Assembly (NCBI GenBank): GCA_036172245.1
Contig: JAYWIR010000086.1
Span: forward strand, 1-64,000
DNA from: Raillietiella orientalis
Taxonomy: Eukaryota
Reading direction: 5' to 3'
DNA: 64,000 bases
Below the pieces are notes generated by a model. That model had not been told where the DNA came from and did no database searches. It was given only the letters and a program-made list of their open reading frames with translations. Positions 61,981 to 64,000 of the stretch are shown piece after piece; position 1 is the first letter of the stretch; each line of letters opens with the position of its first letter. The translations under genes and the position numbers were made by a program.

Positions 61981-64000
61981 TATTACTTCAGCCTTGATCG
62001 CATCTGAGGGAGCACTTCCAGTCCCATACAGAACACACAACAATCCTTACTCAGATGCCCTTATGCTCGTTGTCCAGCCGCTGGGCTTTGGAGGCGTTCG
62101 GTGGCACTTCGAGCAGCCCCGACGTGACCTGGCACCGAACGTAGGCTCGTGCGGGATCTCCGTTCGAACGTTCCATCTGCGACCGTCTCGGGTCTTCCAG
62201 GAGCCTCTCTCATGCAGTCCGAATCCGGCCGGATGACCCGATTGGGCAACCCACGCATCGCAGCGCGACGTGTTCGAAGTGTTTATTCAAGTGGATCACC
62301 AACCGTCTCGTTGCGGACCCTGGGTGAGGATTTGCCATCCATCACTGTTACGCATCCATGAGTTTCTTTGGAAACGAGCTTTCATCCTTCCGTGAAGGAA
62401 GATTCCGATGGATCCTGCGGCTGTCCGATCCGTCTTCACCGGCGGGAGATTAAAGAGCACGTGGACGTACGACATACTCGGCAGCGAGAAAGGAAGCGTC
62501 CACCCTGGACGGTTCACGATTAACGAAGAACCGCAGTGGTCAAAGGCTGGAGAAGGCTTGTTCCACCCCTAGCTGGGCATCCTTCTTCGGACTTCTCCGG
62601 GACGGTTCCTGGCCAAGGATCTCTCTGAGAACGAAGATGTCCCGATTTTTAATCGAGCAGCGAGGAAGTCCCTGCCGCTGTGTGTCTTCGATGAGCCTCG
62701 GTTTGCAGCCGGTGCCTCCACAGCATCACGGAGGAACGAGTCCTTTCCGTTGTCTGCTCATTGTCGCCCTCGTCTCGCTGCGGGGTGGTCCTCGTGGACT
62801 CGTTCGGAGTGGCCGTCGTTCCGCTTGGGGGGTCCGCAATCGCCCTTTCCCTCACCTCAGGTGCCGGTATCCCTCCTCGATCGACGTTCCGTTCTTCCCC
62901 CTGGGACCGCTACTTTCCTCCCGATGTCCTGCCTTTGACCTTTTGCCGCCGGAGGGTCTGTCTCGAGCGGGAGGAAACGCGCGCAGGGACGCCGCATCCG
63001 TTTCCCCTAGGGGCCAGCATCCTACTCTTCAGGAAAGCACAAGGACCTCTGCCATGGAGACGGTGGGATTGCTTTCGAGCCTGCTCCCCGACTGCCTCAA
63101 CCGGACGGGCGCCTCCTGGACTTGGCCAAGATGTCTCCACTCGCCTTGAGGAGCGTCAGCGCCCCGCCGCGGGTACAGCCGGGACGCTTTCTGCGTTTCA
63201 CGGGAAGCTGGGTACGCTGTCCGCTCTCCGTCAGGACATGACCAGGGATGTCGGGAAGGATGTAGAGAAGCCACCGATCGGTGGGGTCTTCGCATCCCTC
63301 CCGTGTCTGTAAGTGAAGAGGAACTCGAACCACAGGAGCAGAGGCTGCTTACCCGGTGTCGTGAGGGATTCTCCCCTGCAAAGTGCATCCGGGAAGGCAC
63401 AGGCTGTATACCAAGCGTTCAGAGCCATCTTTCCGAGAGCTGGGTCGCCGTTGTGCCTCTCCCATGGAGACGAATCGCCCTGCGGTTCCCATCTGGTCTG
63501 TTTCTTTTGGCTCTGCGCCTGCGGAGGGTTAGGAGAATCGTACGATCATCATCCAAGAGGCTCCGGGCTTGCCTTTGGCTCTTGCTGTAGTGGATGGTCC
63601 TCGAGTGGCCAGCAGCCGGGGGATCGATCTGTCAAGGTGGTGACCTTAGGAGGAACTCAACGGCCCGTCTGGCTGCGGTCCCCGCGAGTGGAACCAGGCA
63701 TGGCAGAAGGATCCGGCGAAGGGTGGACGCCGAGAAGTAAGGGGTGGGTTGGTGCGTCGTGGGTTTCGAGTGTCCCTTCTCCGCAAGGTGGCGCTGGCTG
63801 GTCCCTCGGTTGTCTTCGGCTGCGGCCATTGGCGGAAGCGGCCGGAAACCGGATGTCCATGTGGAATGGCCGGGATCGAAATCTGTCCCTCTGGGTCCCT
63901 TTTGGGAACGACGGAGCCCTTCGGGGTTCCCCCTTTGGTTGTGAAAGTGGATCTGTTTCAGAGGGTGACCCTCCCTCGCTCCACCATGGAGCTGGTTGAT

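Noticed and set aside
1..64000. CRISPR arrays, tRNAs, hammerhead ribozymes
   Set aside because: No repeat-spacer arrays or cloverleaves were seen, and CTGATGA occurrences lack the flanking hammerhead stems.

Overview
Eukaryotic (animal, probably invertebrate) genomic DNA with many very short introns (about 39-61 nt). Supported genes: two paralogous six-exon aldo-keto reductases pointing away from each other (1.3-5.2 kb minus; 31.2-33.5 kb plus), a two-TM NIT-domain guanylate cyclase (about 39.3-46.5 kb minus, in a GC-rich block) and LSM1 (56.1-56.9 kb plus, in an AT-rich block). Between the AKRs lie several copies of an L1/Tx1-like non-LTR retrotransposon family (two with clear target-site duplications and a structured, poly(A)-less 3' end), two histone H2B pseudogene pieces, and a tandemly duplicated candidate spliced microprotein gene. 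A palindromic mariner-derived element sits at 61.1-62.0 kb. The most unusual signal is an approximately 835-nt segment (25045-25880) that folds by eye into a closed, multi-branched RNA structure rich in G-U pairs and matches no RNA family I recognise. Non-canonical donors (one GA-AG, two GC-AG) also occur. All calls come from reading the sequence; no searches or folding programs were run.
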